Of a stretch of DNA of 64,000 nt, positions 1 to 9,657 are shown in pieces; position 1 is the first letter of the stretch; every line of letters starts with the position of its first letter. The position numbers and the translations under genes were made by a program. Under the pieces are notes generated by a model, which did no database searches, was not told the DNA's origin, and saw only the letters and a program-made list of their open reading frames with translations. The stretch is from Mantamonas sphyraenae STR306 (Eukaryota; Protista; CRuMs). The stretch lies in NCBI GenBank assembly GCA_026936335.1, contig JAPMXV010000009.1:1-64000 (forward strand), read 5' to 3'.

Positions 1-216
1 AACCCTAACCCTAACCCTAACCCTAACCCTAACCCTAACCCTAACCCTAACCCTAACCCTAACCCTAACCCTAACCCTAACCCTAACCCTAACCCTACCC
101 TAACCCTAACCCTAACCCTAACCCTAACCCTAACCCTAACCCTAACCCTAACCCTAACCCTAACCCTAACCCTAACCCTAACCCTAACCCTAACCCAGCC
201 CTACCCCCAAACCCTA
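1..216. repeat. Telomere, (CCCTAA)n = TTAGGG-type; left chromosome end
   Basis: About 32 tandem CCCTAA units from position 1, one shortened unit near 96, and degenerate units (cccag, ccctac, ccccaa, ccctag) at about 195-216. Confidence 0.99.
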
Positions 217-841
217 GTTTGTTGTGTAAATTCTTGGTGATGGGTCTGGTCTATGTCGTGTGAGTTGTGCTTGTGTCTGCTGGCGGTAGGGCTGACTTGG
301 ATGATGACATGGGGCAGTGGGCAATGGGTGGAAGTGAAAATGTCACTGGTGAGTGGCCGTCGTCCTGCAACGCCGCGCAGTCAGCACTGCCCATCCGCCT
401 TCAACCAAAATATCACCAACACCCACAACACACTCCACCAGTCCAACACAATCCACATACATTCCAGTTCCACCACCACCACCATGGACAAAGACCACTC
501 AAGCACTCCGAAGCAACAACACACACCCAACACCTACCCAGCGTGCGTTCTGCCTTCCACTCCGTTTTCTGACTGCCCGCTTCTCCCGCTTCCACACCCC
601 CTCCATGCTTCCGTCCCTTCCCTGCACTCCTCCCAAGCATCTCCACTTCCCCATCACCACCGCCGCTGCCTTCTCCGCTCTTCACCGATCCCCTCCCCCC
701 TGTCACTGCCCTCCCCGTTGCCAATTTCCCAGGCTGCCAATCTCCTCCGTTTTCCCTCTTTGCTCGTTCCAGCCTCCCTTCACCCCCGCTTCTGCCCTGA
801 CGGCGTCCATTCCGCCTTCCACTCACCGTTCCCACCCCGCC

Positions 842-3800
842 ATGCCCCTCCCCTCTTCCCGCAGCTACACGTACATGGTCCCTCCCATGGCTGCCCAGCC
901 GTTTCCGAACATGCTGCCCGCCTCTGGCGTACAAAACCCGTACCAGCACCCACAACCACCCATCATCTGGGTTCCTGTCAACATCCATCCCCAGCAGCAC
1001 TACGCGTATGCTCATCAGGGCCACCCATACTACGCCTTCCCTCCTCCGCCGCCTCCTCAGCCGCGACAAACGGCCCAGATGCACTTCCCTCAGCCTCCGT
1101 TGCACCCTCCGCCTGCTCAACCCACCACAAACCACAACCGCGTCCCCAAACGCATCAGCCCTGCCTTTGTCGGCATCACACGGACCACATCCACCACCAC
1201 ATCGTCGTCCTCCCCCCACCAGGCCACACAGCAGAGTGGAGACTGCGACGACAACGACGCAGACCAGGACACACGCACACATGACACCGGCGACGTGGAG
1301 GACCTGATGTTCCTGAACTTTGGCCACCGTGAACCTCGGTCAGTCTCCAGCAACTCAGAGTGGATGCCCAGCTCATGGATGGAGGCGTACGAAGATGGCG
1401 AGGCAAACGACGCAACCCAGAAGCACGTGGACGACAAGTTGGAACCTCAGGGCATACTTGGCTTCGCAGACACTGGTGATGCCATGGATGAGGAGTACAT
1501 GCCGCAAGACGACAGCCACGACGACACAGACGACATGGAGCAGGAGGACACGGACGAATGGCAGCCGAGACGTACAAGTAGAGGGCTCACGCGGCGTCGC
1601 AGAAGCCACATCAGCCGTCGTACCGATCCACAACTGATGAAAGGCTGTGGACAGCGCAGGCTCAGGGTCACGGCTGGCAGTGGCACGGAAACAGGAACGT
1701 CGAGCACACGGGCAAGGAGGGCAAACAACGGTGATACCGGCGCACGGAAGAATGCAGGCGTGAACAAGACGAACAAGTTGCCAGATGGTGTTGTGCGCAA
1801 AGGGTGGACAACGAACTGGCGCAGTGACGAGCGCAGCTACAGCAGCAAGGAGCACACGGCACTGCTGAAGCACATGCACACCCTGGTCAACGAGCATCCC
1901 ATCGACAACATCCCCGACCTCATGACACTGCAGGCGCGTATTGTCGTCTGCCATGGCACCCTGAGCACGCTGGTCCGACAGATTCAGCTCGCTCTGGGTA
2001 ACATGCCCCTTTCCCAGGGCGACATGGCCCTCTGCCTCACCCTTCTCGGCCATGACATGGATCAAAAGGCATGGAGTGCATCCATCATCAACGCTGGTCT
2101 GGCAATGGGTGTGACAAAGGCTGGGTTGAAGGTGTGCTGGCTGGAGGAGCCACACGACCACGGCGACCCCAACTACGCCCTGCTCCACCTCCTCATGACA
2201 GAGATGGACACTCTCGGCGACAGGCCCCATCCCACAACCTGGAAGGAGCACGAGCAGACCCTGGTGTTGCTGCAGAAAGCACGACGCCCTGCTGACAACG
2301 ACAGCGACCCACACTGGACACAATGCGAATACGACCACCACCTCGCCGACAACAAGGTGGACAAGTGGCATCCAGAGTCAGTGCGCAGTGGCTGGAGCAA
2401 GACCGGAGACGAGCGTGGCAGCTGCACGGCGCGGGAGTTCCAGACGCTGCTGGCACACATGAAGGCACGCGCAGCCAAGCACCCTCGCCATCAGCACGCA
2501 CACGAGAACCATGCACTGCGTGAGCTGATCAACAACGGCAGCAAGATGTCCCTGCTGCGACACATCATCCTGGCGCTGGGCAACGTTGGCGTGCCGCCTG
2601 TCGACCTGGCCTTCTTTGTTCGCCTCCTCAGGCCACGCCTCACCTACCAGCAGGTGCAAAATGCCATCAGCCTCACCCTCACCCGCGGTGTCACCTCCCT
2701 CTCCCTCAAGATCGCCTGGCTCGACAACCCCAAACCCAGCGACGCCACACTGCACACCCTCCTCCACACCCTCATCGACCGCATCACACCCCACATCACC
2801 ACCCGCCCCACAACCGTCGACGCCGTCAACTCCCTCGACATCACCGATCTTGTTCTTCCCGACCCCACAGAGGAGGAGATGGTGGCCGTGGAGGATGGAC
2901 TGCCAGATGGCGTTTTGCGCAGTGGATGGACGTATTGGCGCAAGAGCGAGCGCATGCACAGCAACAAGAAGGAGCACACGTCACTGCTGAAGCACATGCA
3001 CACTCTGGCCAACGAGCATCCCGTCGACGACATCCCCGACCTCATGACCCTGCAAGCGCGTGTTGTGGTCTGTCATGGTACCTTGTTGACGCTTGTCCGA
3101 CAGATTCAGCTCGCTTTGGGCAACATTCCTCTCTCCCAGGGCGACATGGCCCTCTGCCTCACCGTTCTCGGCCGCGATATGGATCAACAGACGTGCAGAA
3201 AAGCCATCCCCCACGCTGGTCTGGCCACGGGTGTGACCAAGGCTGGGTTGAAGGTGTGCTGGCTGGAGGCGCCACACCACCACGGCGACCCCAACTACGC
3301 CCTCCTCCACCTGATCATGACAGAGATGGACACTCTTGGCAACAGGCCCCATCCCACCACCTGGAAGGAGCACAAGCAGACCCAGCTGTGGCTGCAGAAA
3401 GCACGACGCCCTGCTGACAACGACAGCGATCCACACTGGACACAATGCGACTACGACCACCACCTCAACACCACCACGGTGGACAAGTGGCATCCTGAGC
3501 GTGTGCGCAGTGGCTGGAGCATCACTCCGTACAACGACGAGCGTGGCAGCTGCACAGCGCGGGAGTTCCAGACGCTGCTGGCACACATGAAGGCACGTGC
3601 AGCCAAGTACCCTCGCCATCAGCATACACACGAGCACCATGCTCTGCGTGAGCTGATCAACAACGGCGACCTGCAGTCCCTGCTGCGACACATCATCCTG
3701 GCGCTGGGCAACGTTGGCGTGCCGCCTGTCGACCTGGCCTTCTTTGTCCGCCTTCTCAGACCACGCCTCACCAGCCTGCAGGTGCAAGGTGCCATCGGCA

Positions 3801-4057
3801 ACACCCTCGCCCGTGGTGTCACCTCCCTCTCCCTCAAGATCGCCTGGCTCGACAACCCCAAACCCAGCGACGCCACACTGCACACCCTCCTCCACACCCT
3901 CATCGACCGCATCACACCCCACATCACCACCCGCCCCACCACCTATACACTCGTCAACGCCTACCCCATCTCCTCCTTCACCCTCCCCAAGCGCAAAGAC
4001 CCTTCCTCCTCCTCCTCCTCCTCCTCCTCCTCCTCCAAACGCCAACGTCTCGAATGA
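842..4057 (+). CDS. Telomere-adjacent protein of unknown function (~1070 aa): Pro/Gln-rich and acidic N-terminus, four homologous helical modules (A-B-A-B), basic NLS-like C-terminus
   Basis: Uninterrupted ORF 353-4057; the ATG at 842 (MPLPSSR) is my preferred start but is uncertain. An internal ~1.1 kb duplication keeps the frame. Ends PKRKDP-polySer-KRQRLE, TGA. Confidence 0.85.
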   Translation: MPLPSSRSYTYMVPPMAAQPFPNMLPASGVQNPYQHPQPPIIWVPVNIHPQQHYAYAHQGHPYYAFPPPPPPQPRQTAQMHFPQPPLHPPPAQPTTNHNRVPKRISPAFVGITRTTSTTTSSSSPHQATQQSGDCDDNDADQDTRTHDTGDVEDLMFLNFGHREPRSVSSNSEWMPSSWMEAYEDGEANDATQKHVDDKLEPQGILGFADTGDAMDEEYMPQDDSHDDTDDMEQEDTDEWQPRRTSRGLTRRRRSHISRRTDPQLMKGCGQRRLRVTAGSGTETGTSSTRARRANNGDTGARKNAGVNKTNKLPDGVVRKGWTTNWRSDERSYSSKEHTALLKHMHTLVNEHPIDNIPDLMTLQARIVVCHGTLSTLVRQIQLALGNMPLSQGDMALCLTLLGHDMDQKAWSASIINAGLAMGVTKAGLKVCWLEEPHDHGDPNYALLHLLMTEMDTLGDRPHPTTWKEHEQTLVLLQKARRPADNDSDPHWTQCEYDHHLADNKVDKWHPESVRSGWSKTGDERGSCTAREFQTLLAHMKARAAKHPRHQHAHENHALRELINNGSKMSLLRHIILALGNVGVPPVDLAFFVRLLRPRLTYQQVQNAISLTLTRGVTSLSLKIAWLDNPKPSDATLHTLLHTLIDRITPHITTRPTTVDAVNSLDITDLVLPDPTEEEMVAVEDGLPDGVLRSGWTYWRKSERMHSNKKEHTSLLKHMHTLANEHPVDDIPDLMTLQARVVVCHGTLLTLVRQIQLALGNIPLSQGDMALCLTVLGRDMDQQTCRKAIPHAGLATGVTKAGLKVCWLEAPHHHGDPNYALLHLIMTEMDTLGNRPHPTTWKEHKQTQLWLQKARRPADNDSDPHWTQCDYDHHLNTTTVDKWHPERVRSGWSITPYNDERGSCTAREFQTLLAHMKARAAKYPRHQHTHEHHALRELINNGDLQSLLRHIILALGNVGVPPVDLAFFVRLLRPRLTSLQVQGAIGNTLARGVTSLSLKIAWLDNPKPSDATLHTLLHTLIDRITPHITTRPTTYTLVNAYPISSFTLPKRKDPSSSSSSSSSSSKRQRLE
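1778..3942 (+). repeat. Intragenic tandem duplication of ~1.12 kb (1778-2815 vs 2900-3942), each copy made of two older paralogous modules
   Basis: Long near-identical nucleotide stretches, e.g. 2690-2810 vs 3818-3938. All four modules share R.GW, LL.HM, LALGN, GVT..LK..WL..P, LLH.L and PTT. Confidence 0.95.
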
Positions 4058-4093
4058 ACCACCGTTTCATTCTCACACCCTCCCCACTCACCC

Positions 4094-6307
4094 TCACCTC
4101 CCCACCCACCCAATCACCCTCTCCATCACCTCATCCGGCAGTGTCACCCACCCTCCCCACCCTCTCTCCTTCACATACTCCTCCATCCCTCCACACTCAA
4201 ACATCACCTCCCTCTCCTCCCCATTCATCACCAACGCCACCTCAATCGCCTCATCCACCTCCACACCCCACCCGATCCAATGCCACGCCTTCCTCCACCC
4301 TTCCTTCCTCACCATCTCCACCGTTTCCATCCTCGGCTTTGCGCCCCACGCCCGCAACACCTCCACAATCATCTCGTCCCCTCCCTTCACCCCTCTCTCC
4401 AGCGCAGTCTCATTCCCCCTATCCCCTGCAAACGTGTCCACAGGCACACCCCACTCCCACAACTCTCTCATCTTCTCCACATCCCCACACTCCACAAACT
4501 CCACGTGCTGCTCCTTGTTTCTCTCCAACAGCGACTGCAAGGTGTCCCTTCTCAGGCCCACGATGCTCCAGCACGACCGATTGCCTTCCATTGCCTTCGC
4601 CAGTGCTGCTGCTCCTTCGTCCCCGATTTCGTTGCCGTTGAGCTCCAGTCTCTGCAAGCTACTGTTCTCGCTCAGCACCTGCGCCAGTGCTGCCGTCCCT
4701 TCCGCCCCGATTCTGTTGCGGCCGACGTTCAGAGACTGCAAGCTGCTGTTCTCTCTCAGCGCGTGCGCCAGTGTTGCTGCTCCTTCCGCCTCAATGCTAT
4801 TCCAGCTGAGGTTCAGTGTCTGCAAGCTGCTGTTCTCTCTCAGCACCTGCGCGAGTGCTGCTGCTCCATCTGCTCTGATGCTGTTGCTCTCGAGGTTCAG
4901 ATTCTGCAAGCTTTGGTTCACACTCAGTGCCTGCGCCAGTGCTGCTGCGCCTTCTGCCCCAATACCGTTGCTGACGAGGTGCAGTGTCTGCAAGCTGCTG
5001 TTCATACTCAGTGGCTGCGCCAGTGCTGCTGCGCCTTCTGCCCCGATGCCGTTGCTGTAGAGGTTCAGATTCTGCAAGCTTTGGTTCACACTCAGTGCCT
5101 GTGCCAATGCTGCTGCACCTTCTGCCCCGATGCCGTTGTCTCTGAGGTTCAGTGTCTGCAAGCTCCTGTTCTCATTCAGTGCCTTCGCCAGCAGTGCGGC
5201 TCCTTTCGCTCCGATGCTGTTGAAGCTGAGGTCCAGGGTCTGCAAGCTGCTGTTCTCGCTCAGTGACCGCGCCATCGCTGTTGCTGCTGATTCCTCGATG
5301 CTGTTGTTGTTGAGGTTCAGTGTCTGCAAGCTGCTGTTCACACTCAGTCCCTGCGCCAGTGCTGCTGCTCCTTCGTTCCCGATGCGGTTGTTGCCGAGGT
5401 ACAGCTCCTGCAAGGCTGGGTTTGCACTCAGCGCCTGACCCAGTGCTGCCGCTCCATCGTCCCCGATTCGGTTGCTGATGACGTACAGCTCCTGCAAGCC
5501 TTCGTTCTTGCACAGTGCCTGCGCCAGTGCAGCTGCTCCTCCATCCCCGATGCTGTTGCTGCCAAGTCCCAGCGATTGCACACTGCTGTTCTCACACAAT
5601 GCCCGTGCCAGTGCTTCCGCACCTTCTGCCCCAATTCTGTTCCCATAGAGATTCAGCGTCTGCAAGCTCCTGTTCTCATTCAGTCCCTGCGCCAAGGCTG
5701 CTGCTCCCTCTGCCCCAAGGTCGTTCCTGCGGAGGTCCAGCGTCTGCAAGATGCCATTCTCACACAGTGCCTGCGCCAGTGCTGCTGCTCCCTCTGCCCC
5801 AAGGTCGTTGCTGTTGAAGTACAGTGTCTGCAAACTGCGGTTCTCACTCAGGGCCTGCGCCAGTACAGCTGCTTGTTTGCCTCCCAGCCCCAACTTGTAA
5901 AGGTTCAATTCCTGTGTGCCCGTGTGAATTCACGCCCACCTTCCCTGCCCTTCCCTGTGCGTGAAGGCCAGCCGTCACACGAGCATCTCCCTCCCGTCAA
6001 GTCAACTTACCACCCCCTGAGCCTCCAACGCACCAGCAATCCGTGCATGGTCCTCACTCTGCAACAAGGCCACCCATTCATCTTTTCCAAGCTTCATTTT
6101 GGCCTGCGGTATCCCAAGTTGGGTCAGAGGCTGATCCCACTTGTCCGCCTCGCCTTGTCCCCCGCACACATGCACACCACTGCTCCGCACCCACTCTACC
6201 CTACCCCTCGACTGTTCTCTACCGTGCAAGATGCCTTGCATGCGCTCCCGCACGCCACTGTCGTCTTTTTCCCTCCCCGTCCGCAGTGAGTCATGCTGAG
6301 CCATCAT
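4094..6307 (-). CDS. Ribonuclease-inhibitor-type (NLRC3-like) LRR protein: 16 x 28-aa repeats, ankyrin-like C-terminal region, terminal F-box-like motif
   Basis: Repeat consensus LQTLxLxxNxIGAEGAAALAQALxxNxS. Intron 6010-5912 (GTG|GTAAGT...CACAG|GAA) joins ORF 6002-6394 in frame to ORF 4094-5908. Ankyrin-like GNETALERGVKGGDEMIVEVLRAWGAKP. Start ATG uncertain (6328, 6307 or 6304). Confidence 0.88.
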
Positions 6308-6417
6308 GCCGTCCCACTCCCCAGCCATCCAACCCCGTCCTCGCCAACATCCAGAGCACAGGTCCGTGCATTTCCCCTCGACTCCCACCAACATTTTTCC
6401 TTTCCATCTGCTGCGAG

Positions 6418-7695
6418 ATGCGCCTTTCTTCCATCCTCACAGCTCTGCTGCTCCTCACGGCAGTGGCAGCAGGGGACACCACCCCACAGTTTGTCCACAG
6501 CGCATTCGCCGGCACTGCCGCTGAACCTGGCTTGGCCTTTTCGTGGTGGACAAAGGTGCAGACGCAAAATTCCCTCGTTCGCTGGGGCACCTCCCCTGGC
6601 CAGCTTGATTTTGAAGTCCCAGGGGTCTGCGAAACATACGACGCCAAAGTCGGGTTTGTGCACCATGTGGTGGTGAGCAACGTCAGCGCCGAAACCGTGT
6701 GGTACACCGTCGGGAGCATCGGCGGCGTGTGGAGCGAGGTGCTGGAGCTCAAAGCCCCCCGCAGCAAGCAAAACTCGCGCGTGCTTGTCTACGGCGACAT
6801 GGGGGTGCGTGAGAGCAACCACACAGTGCAGCGCCTGACCGACATTGCCGTGAAAGGCACTGCCGACTGGGTGCTTCACGTTGGAGACATTGGCTACGGC
6901 GACGACTACCCAGGAGAACAATACGAGGACATTTGGAACCTGTGGTTTGACAAGATGCAACCTGTGCACCAGGTCATGCCGTACATGGTTCTTCCCGGAA
7001 ACCACGAGTTTGCCTGCAAAGGCGCGGACATTGCAGAATTTTGCCCCTACGCCGTGAATTTCACAGACTACCGCATGCGTTTCCGCATGCCCTTTGCCGA
7101 GTCGGGGGCTGTGAACAACATGTGGTGGTCTATGGACCAAGGTCCCGTGCACTACGTGGCCATCGACACCGAAACGGACTTTCCTGGAGCAGCAGAGGGC
7201 CCAACAATGTTTGGCGACCAGCTCGCCTGGCTCGAGGCCGACCTGGCCCACGTGAACCGCAGCCAGACCCCTTGGATCATCGCAGCGGGTCACCGTCCCA
7301 TCTACTCGTCCAAGACTGGGTATGTGAAGGGCAACACGCCCCAGGGCATGTGTGCAGTTGTGCAAAAGGCGCTGGAGCACTTGTTTGCCAAGTATGGCGT
7401 CAATGTTTTCTTTGTGGGCCATGTGCACAGCTATGAGCGCACACACCCGGTGTATGACAACAAGTTGAACCCACAGGGCACCACCCACATTGTCGTCGGC
7501 TCCGCTGGCAACAAAGAGGGAGCGACCAAGTACGACCCGCTCGTCCAGCCCGTCTGGAGTGCCTGCCGTCACGGCACATGGGGCTATGGCGTTCTCACTG
7601 TCGAGAGTGCCCACACACTGCACTGGGAGTTCCACCGCAGCGACGACGACAAGGTGCTTGACCAAGTTGAAATCAAGAACGTGCATCTGTCGTGA
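6418..7695 (+). CDS. Secreted purple acid phosphatase (metallophosphoesterase)
   Basis: Signal peptide MRLSSILTALLLLTAVAA and FN3-like N-domain. All five PAP metal motifs present: GDMG, GDIGY, GNHE, AAGHRP, GHVH. Confidence 0.95.
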   Translation: MRLSSILTALLLLTAVAAGDTTPQFVHSAFAGTAAEPGLAFSWWTKVQTQNSLVRWGTSPGQLDFEVPGVCETYDAKVGFVHHVVVSNVSAETVWYTVGSIGGVWSEVLELKAPRSKQNSRVLVYGDMGVRESNHTVQRLTDIAVKGTADWVLHVGDIGYGDDYPGEQYEDIWNLWFDKMQPVHQVMPYMVLPGNHEFACKGADIAEFCPYAVNFTDYRMRFRMPFAESGAVNNMWWSMDQGPVHYVAIDTETDFPGAAEGPTMFGDQLAWLEADLAHVNRSQTPWIIAAGHRPIYSSKTGYVKGNTPQGMCAVVQKALEHLFAKYGVNVFFVGHVHSYERTHPVYDNKLNPQGTTHIVVGSAGNKEGATKYDPLVQPVWSACRHGTWGYGVLTVESAHTLHWEFHRSDDDKVLDQVEIKNVHLS

Positions 7696-7697
7696 TC

Positions 7698-7893
7698 GTG
7701 CCTGACCAAGTGGATGTGCCTGACCAAGTGGATGTGCCTGACCAAGTGGATGTGCCTGACCAAGTCATCATGCTTCCCACAGTGGAAATCAACCCTTCAT
7801 CCTCGTGCCTGACCAAGTGGATGTGCCTGACCAAGTGGATGTGCCTGACCAAGTCATCATGCTTCACAAAGTGGAAATCAACCCTTCATCCTC
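7698..7893 (+). repeat. Compound minisatellite: 18-bp unit GTGCCTGACCAAGTGGAT in two blocks (~3.8 and ~2.8 copies), each followed by a near-identical 39-bp tail
   Basis: Read directly: blocks 7698-7765 and 7805-7854, tails 7766-7804 and 7855-7893. Confidence 0.95.
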
Positions 7894-7920
7894 CCTCCAC
7901 CCTCCTCTCCCTCCTCCCTC

Positions 7921-9612
7921 TCAAAACAACATCGGCGGCAGAAGATGCACCGCAGAGCCAACCGCCTCCGTGCCAATCCCTGCATCCAAACACGCCTCGG
8001 GCACCTTCCACACGCTCTCGTCCCCGGGCCCCTCCTCCACGTTGGAAAACACATACGTCAGCACGCCGTCAATGTCCAGACGCGCAGGCTTGCTCAGGTC
8101 AAAGTAGTACGTCAACGTGCCGTACTCGGTCGACACCCACTTGGTCAGGAGCCGCCCGTGCACCCACGCCGTGCCCTCGTATGCCGCAGTAGCCATCGGT
8201 GCAAACAGCGATGCTGCACTCCCTGCCACCGTCACGTTTTCGCATCCACCGTTGCTCGCAAAGTAGATGATGGGCACGTCGTACAGAAACAGCGCCGTTG
8301 TCGGCGCCCCTTGCACAAAGTCCCACCGCAGCCTGTTCTTGGGTGCATCAAACCACAGCTTGCCCAGGTTGGTTTTGCCTTGCGAGAGCACTGCAAACGT
8401 GCCATGAAACTGCGTCGGGATGGGACGCTTTGGCGTGTCAACTGCATTCCACCCCCGCAAGATCCTCGGCACATGCACATCCGGCACATGCGCTCCCGTC
8501 GCCGCCGACTGGCACTCCTTCGGCACCGCAAACACGTTTGCCGGCGGCACGCCCATCTTTGTGTCCTTGAACATCATCGAGCGCTGCCCGCCCGACGGAT
8601 CCGCCCCGTACATGCCCAACGGCACCTCGCCGTCAAACAAGTAAAACAGCGCCGCGTCCTCACTCCACCATCGGTTCACCTCCTTGCCGTTCACCACCTG
8701 TGTGCCGTTGAACACAAACGTGGACACGGGAAACAAGTCCGCCGCGTGCCCATCCGGCGTCCCCGGCAGGCAGCCCAAATCCCCAATCACCAGGTACGCC
8801 TTGCCCTCTCCAAACAGCGCCAGGTCAATCAGAAACGCGCTCGCATTCCGCACATCGTGCATGTGGCCCAGCGTGCGGTCGTTGACAGAGTCAAAGAAAA
8901 ACTCGCCCACCAGGTGTTCGCCGCTCTCCACCACATCCATCGGCGCCTGGAACCCTTTCGGCACCTTGGGCACAGCCGGCACACTCGCCCCTGCCTCCTG
9001 CCTGCCCGCCTTCTGCGGCACTCCCACCACAAACTCCACCAATCTGCGTGTACGCTCCACGCCCTCGCCGTTTCCACTCCCTGCGCACACTGTCGGAACT
9101 GCGAAAACACTTGCATCCGGCTCCCCCGCCGTGTATGCACTCCATGTGTAAGTCACGGCGTTGGCCACGCTGAACACGACCGGAGTGCTCCCGTCAAAGA
9201 GGTAGAACAAGTTACCCGCCTCAAACAACCACTTGTCCAGCTGCTTGCCATCCATCTCCACCGTGCCGTTGTACACCGTGTACTGCAGCGCACGGAACAG
9301 ATCGCTTGCACTTCCGTTCACCGTGCCCTTTGTGCACTGGTCGCCCACGATCGAGTACGTGCTGCCCTGCGCGTACAACACCAGCGTCTCAGACGTCACC
9401 CCTTGCACCGTGATGTCCAAGCGCATGCGGTTACCCGTCGCGTCATAAAACATCTTTCCTGGCAGGCCATCATGGCCCGATGTCTTCACCTCCAGCGCTG
9501 CAGTAAACGCGTCCGGCGCGCTCGGCTTTGCCGGCGCCGCTGCCACCATCCCGACGCTCACACACAGAATCACACACACAGCAACAAACGCTTTGCTACG
9601 TTGCTTTACCAT
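7921..9612 (-). CDS. Ependymin-related (EPDR, LolA-fold) protein with three tandem domains, a signal peptide and a possible GPI signal
   Basis: Hydrophobic N-terminus. Three repeats of P..P..F...G.++(Y/F)D...R...C...(F/W).VP..C, ending VFAVPTVC, VFAVPKEC and VWKVPEAC. Short hydrophobic C-tail. Confidence 0.8.
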   Translation of the reverse strand: MVKQRSKAFVAVCVILCVSVGMVAAAPAKPSAPDAFTAALEVKTSGHDGLPGKMFYDATGNRMRLDITVQGVTSETLVLYAQGSTYSIVGDQCTKGTVNGSASDLFRALQYTVYNGTVEMDGKQLDKWLFEAGNLFYLFDGSTPVVFSVANAVTYTWSAYTAGEPDASVFAVPTVCAGSGNGEGVERTRRLVEFVVGVPQKAGRQEAGASVPAVPKVPKGFQAPMDVVESGEHLVGEFFFDSVNDRTLGHMHDVRNASAFLIDLALFGEGKAYLVIGDLGCLPGTPDGHAADLFPVSTFVFNGTQVVNGKEVNRWWSEDAALFYLFDGEVPLGMYGADPSGGQRSMMFKDTKMGVPPANVFAVPKECQSAATGAHVPDVHVPRILRGWNAVDTPKRPIPTQFHGTFAVLSQGKTNLGKLWFDAPKNRLRWDFVQGAPTTALFLYDVPIIYFASNGGCENVTVAGSAASLFAPMATAAYEGTAWVHGRLLTKWVSTEYGTLTYYFDLSKPARLDIDGVLTYVFSNVEEGPGDESVWKVPEACLDAGIGTEAVGSAVHLLPPMLF

Positions 9613-9657
9613 GGTCTTTGTTGTTCTTTTGCATGCGCCCACGCACCACGCACCACG

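Noticed and set aside
353-4057. Telomeric retrotransposon or Y'-like helicase element
   Set aside because: No reverse transcriptase, endonuclease, gag knuckle, helicase or transposase motifs, and no terminal repeats or poly(A) tail.
7698-7893. CRISPR-like array
   Set aside because: The units abut without unique spacers, the two tails are near-identical, there are no cas genes, and the context is eukaryotic.
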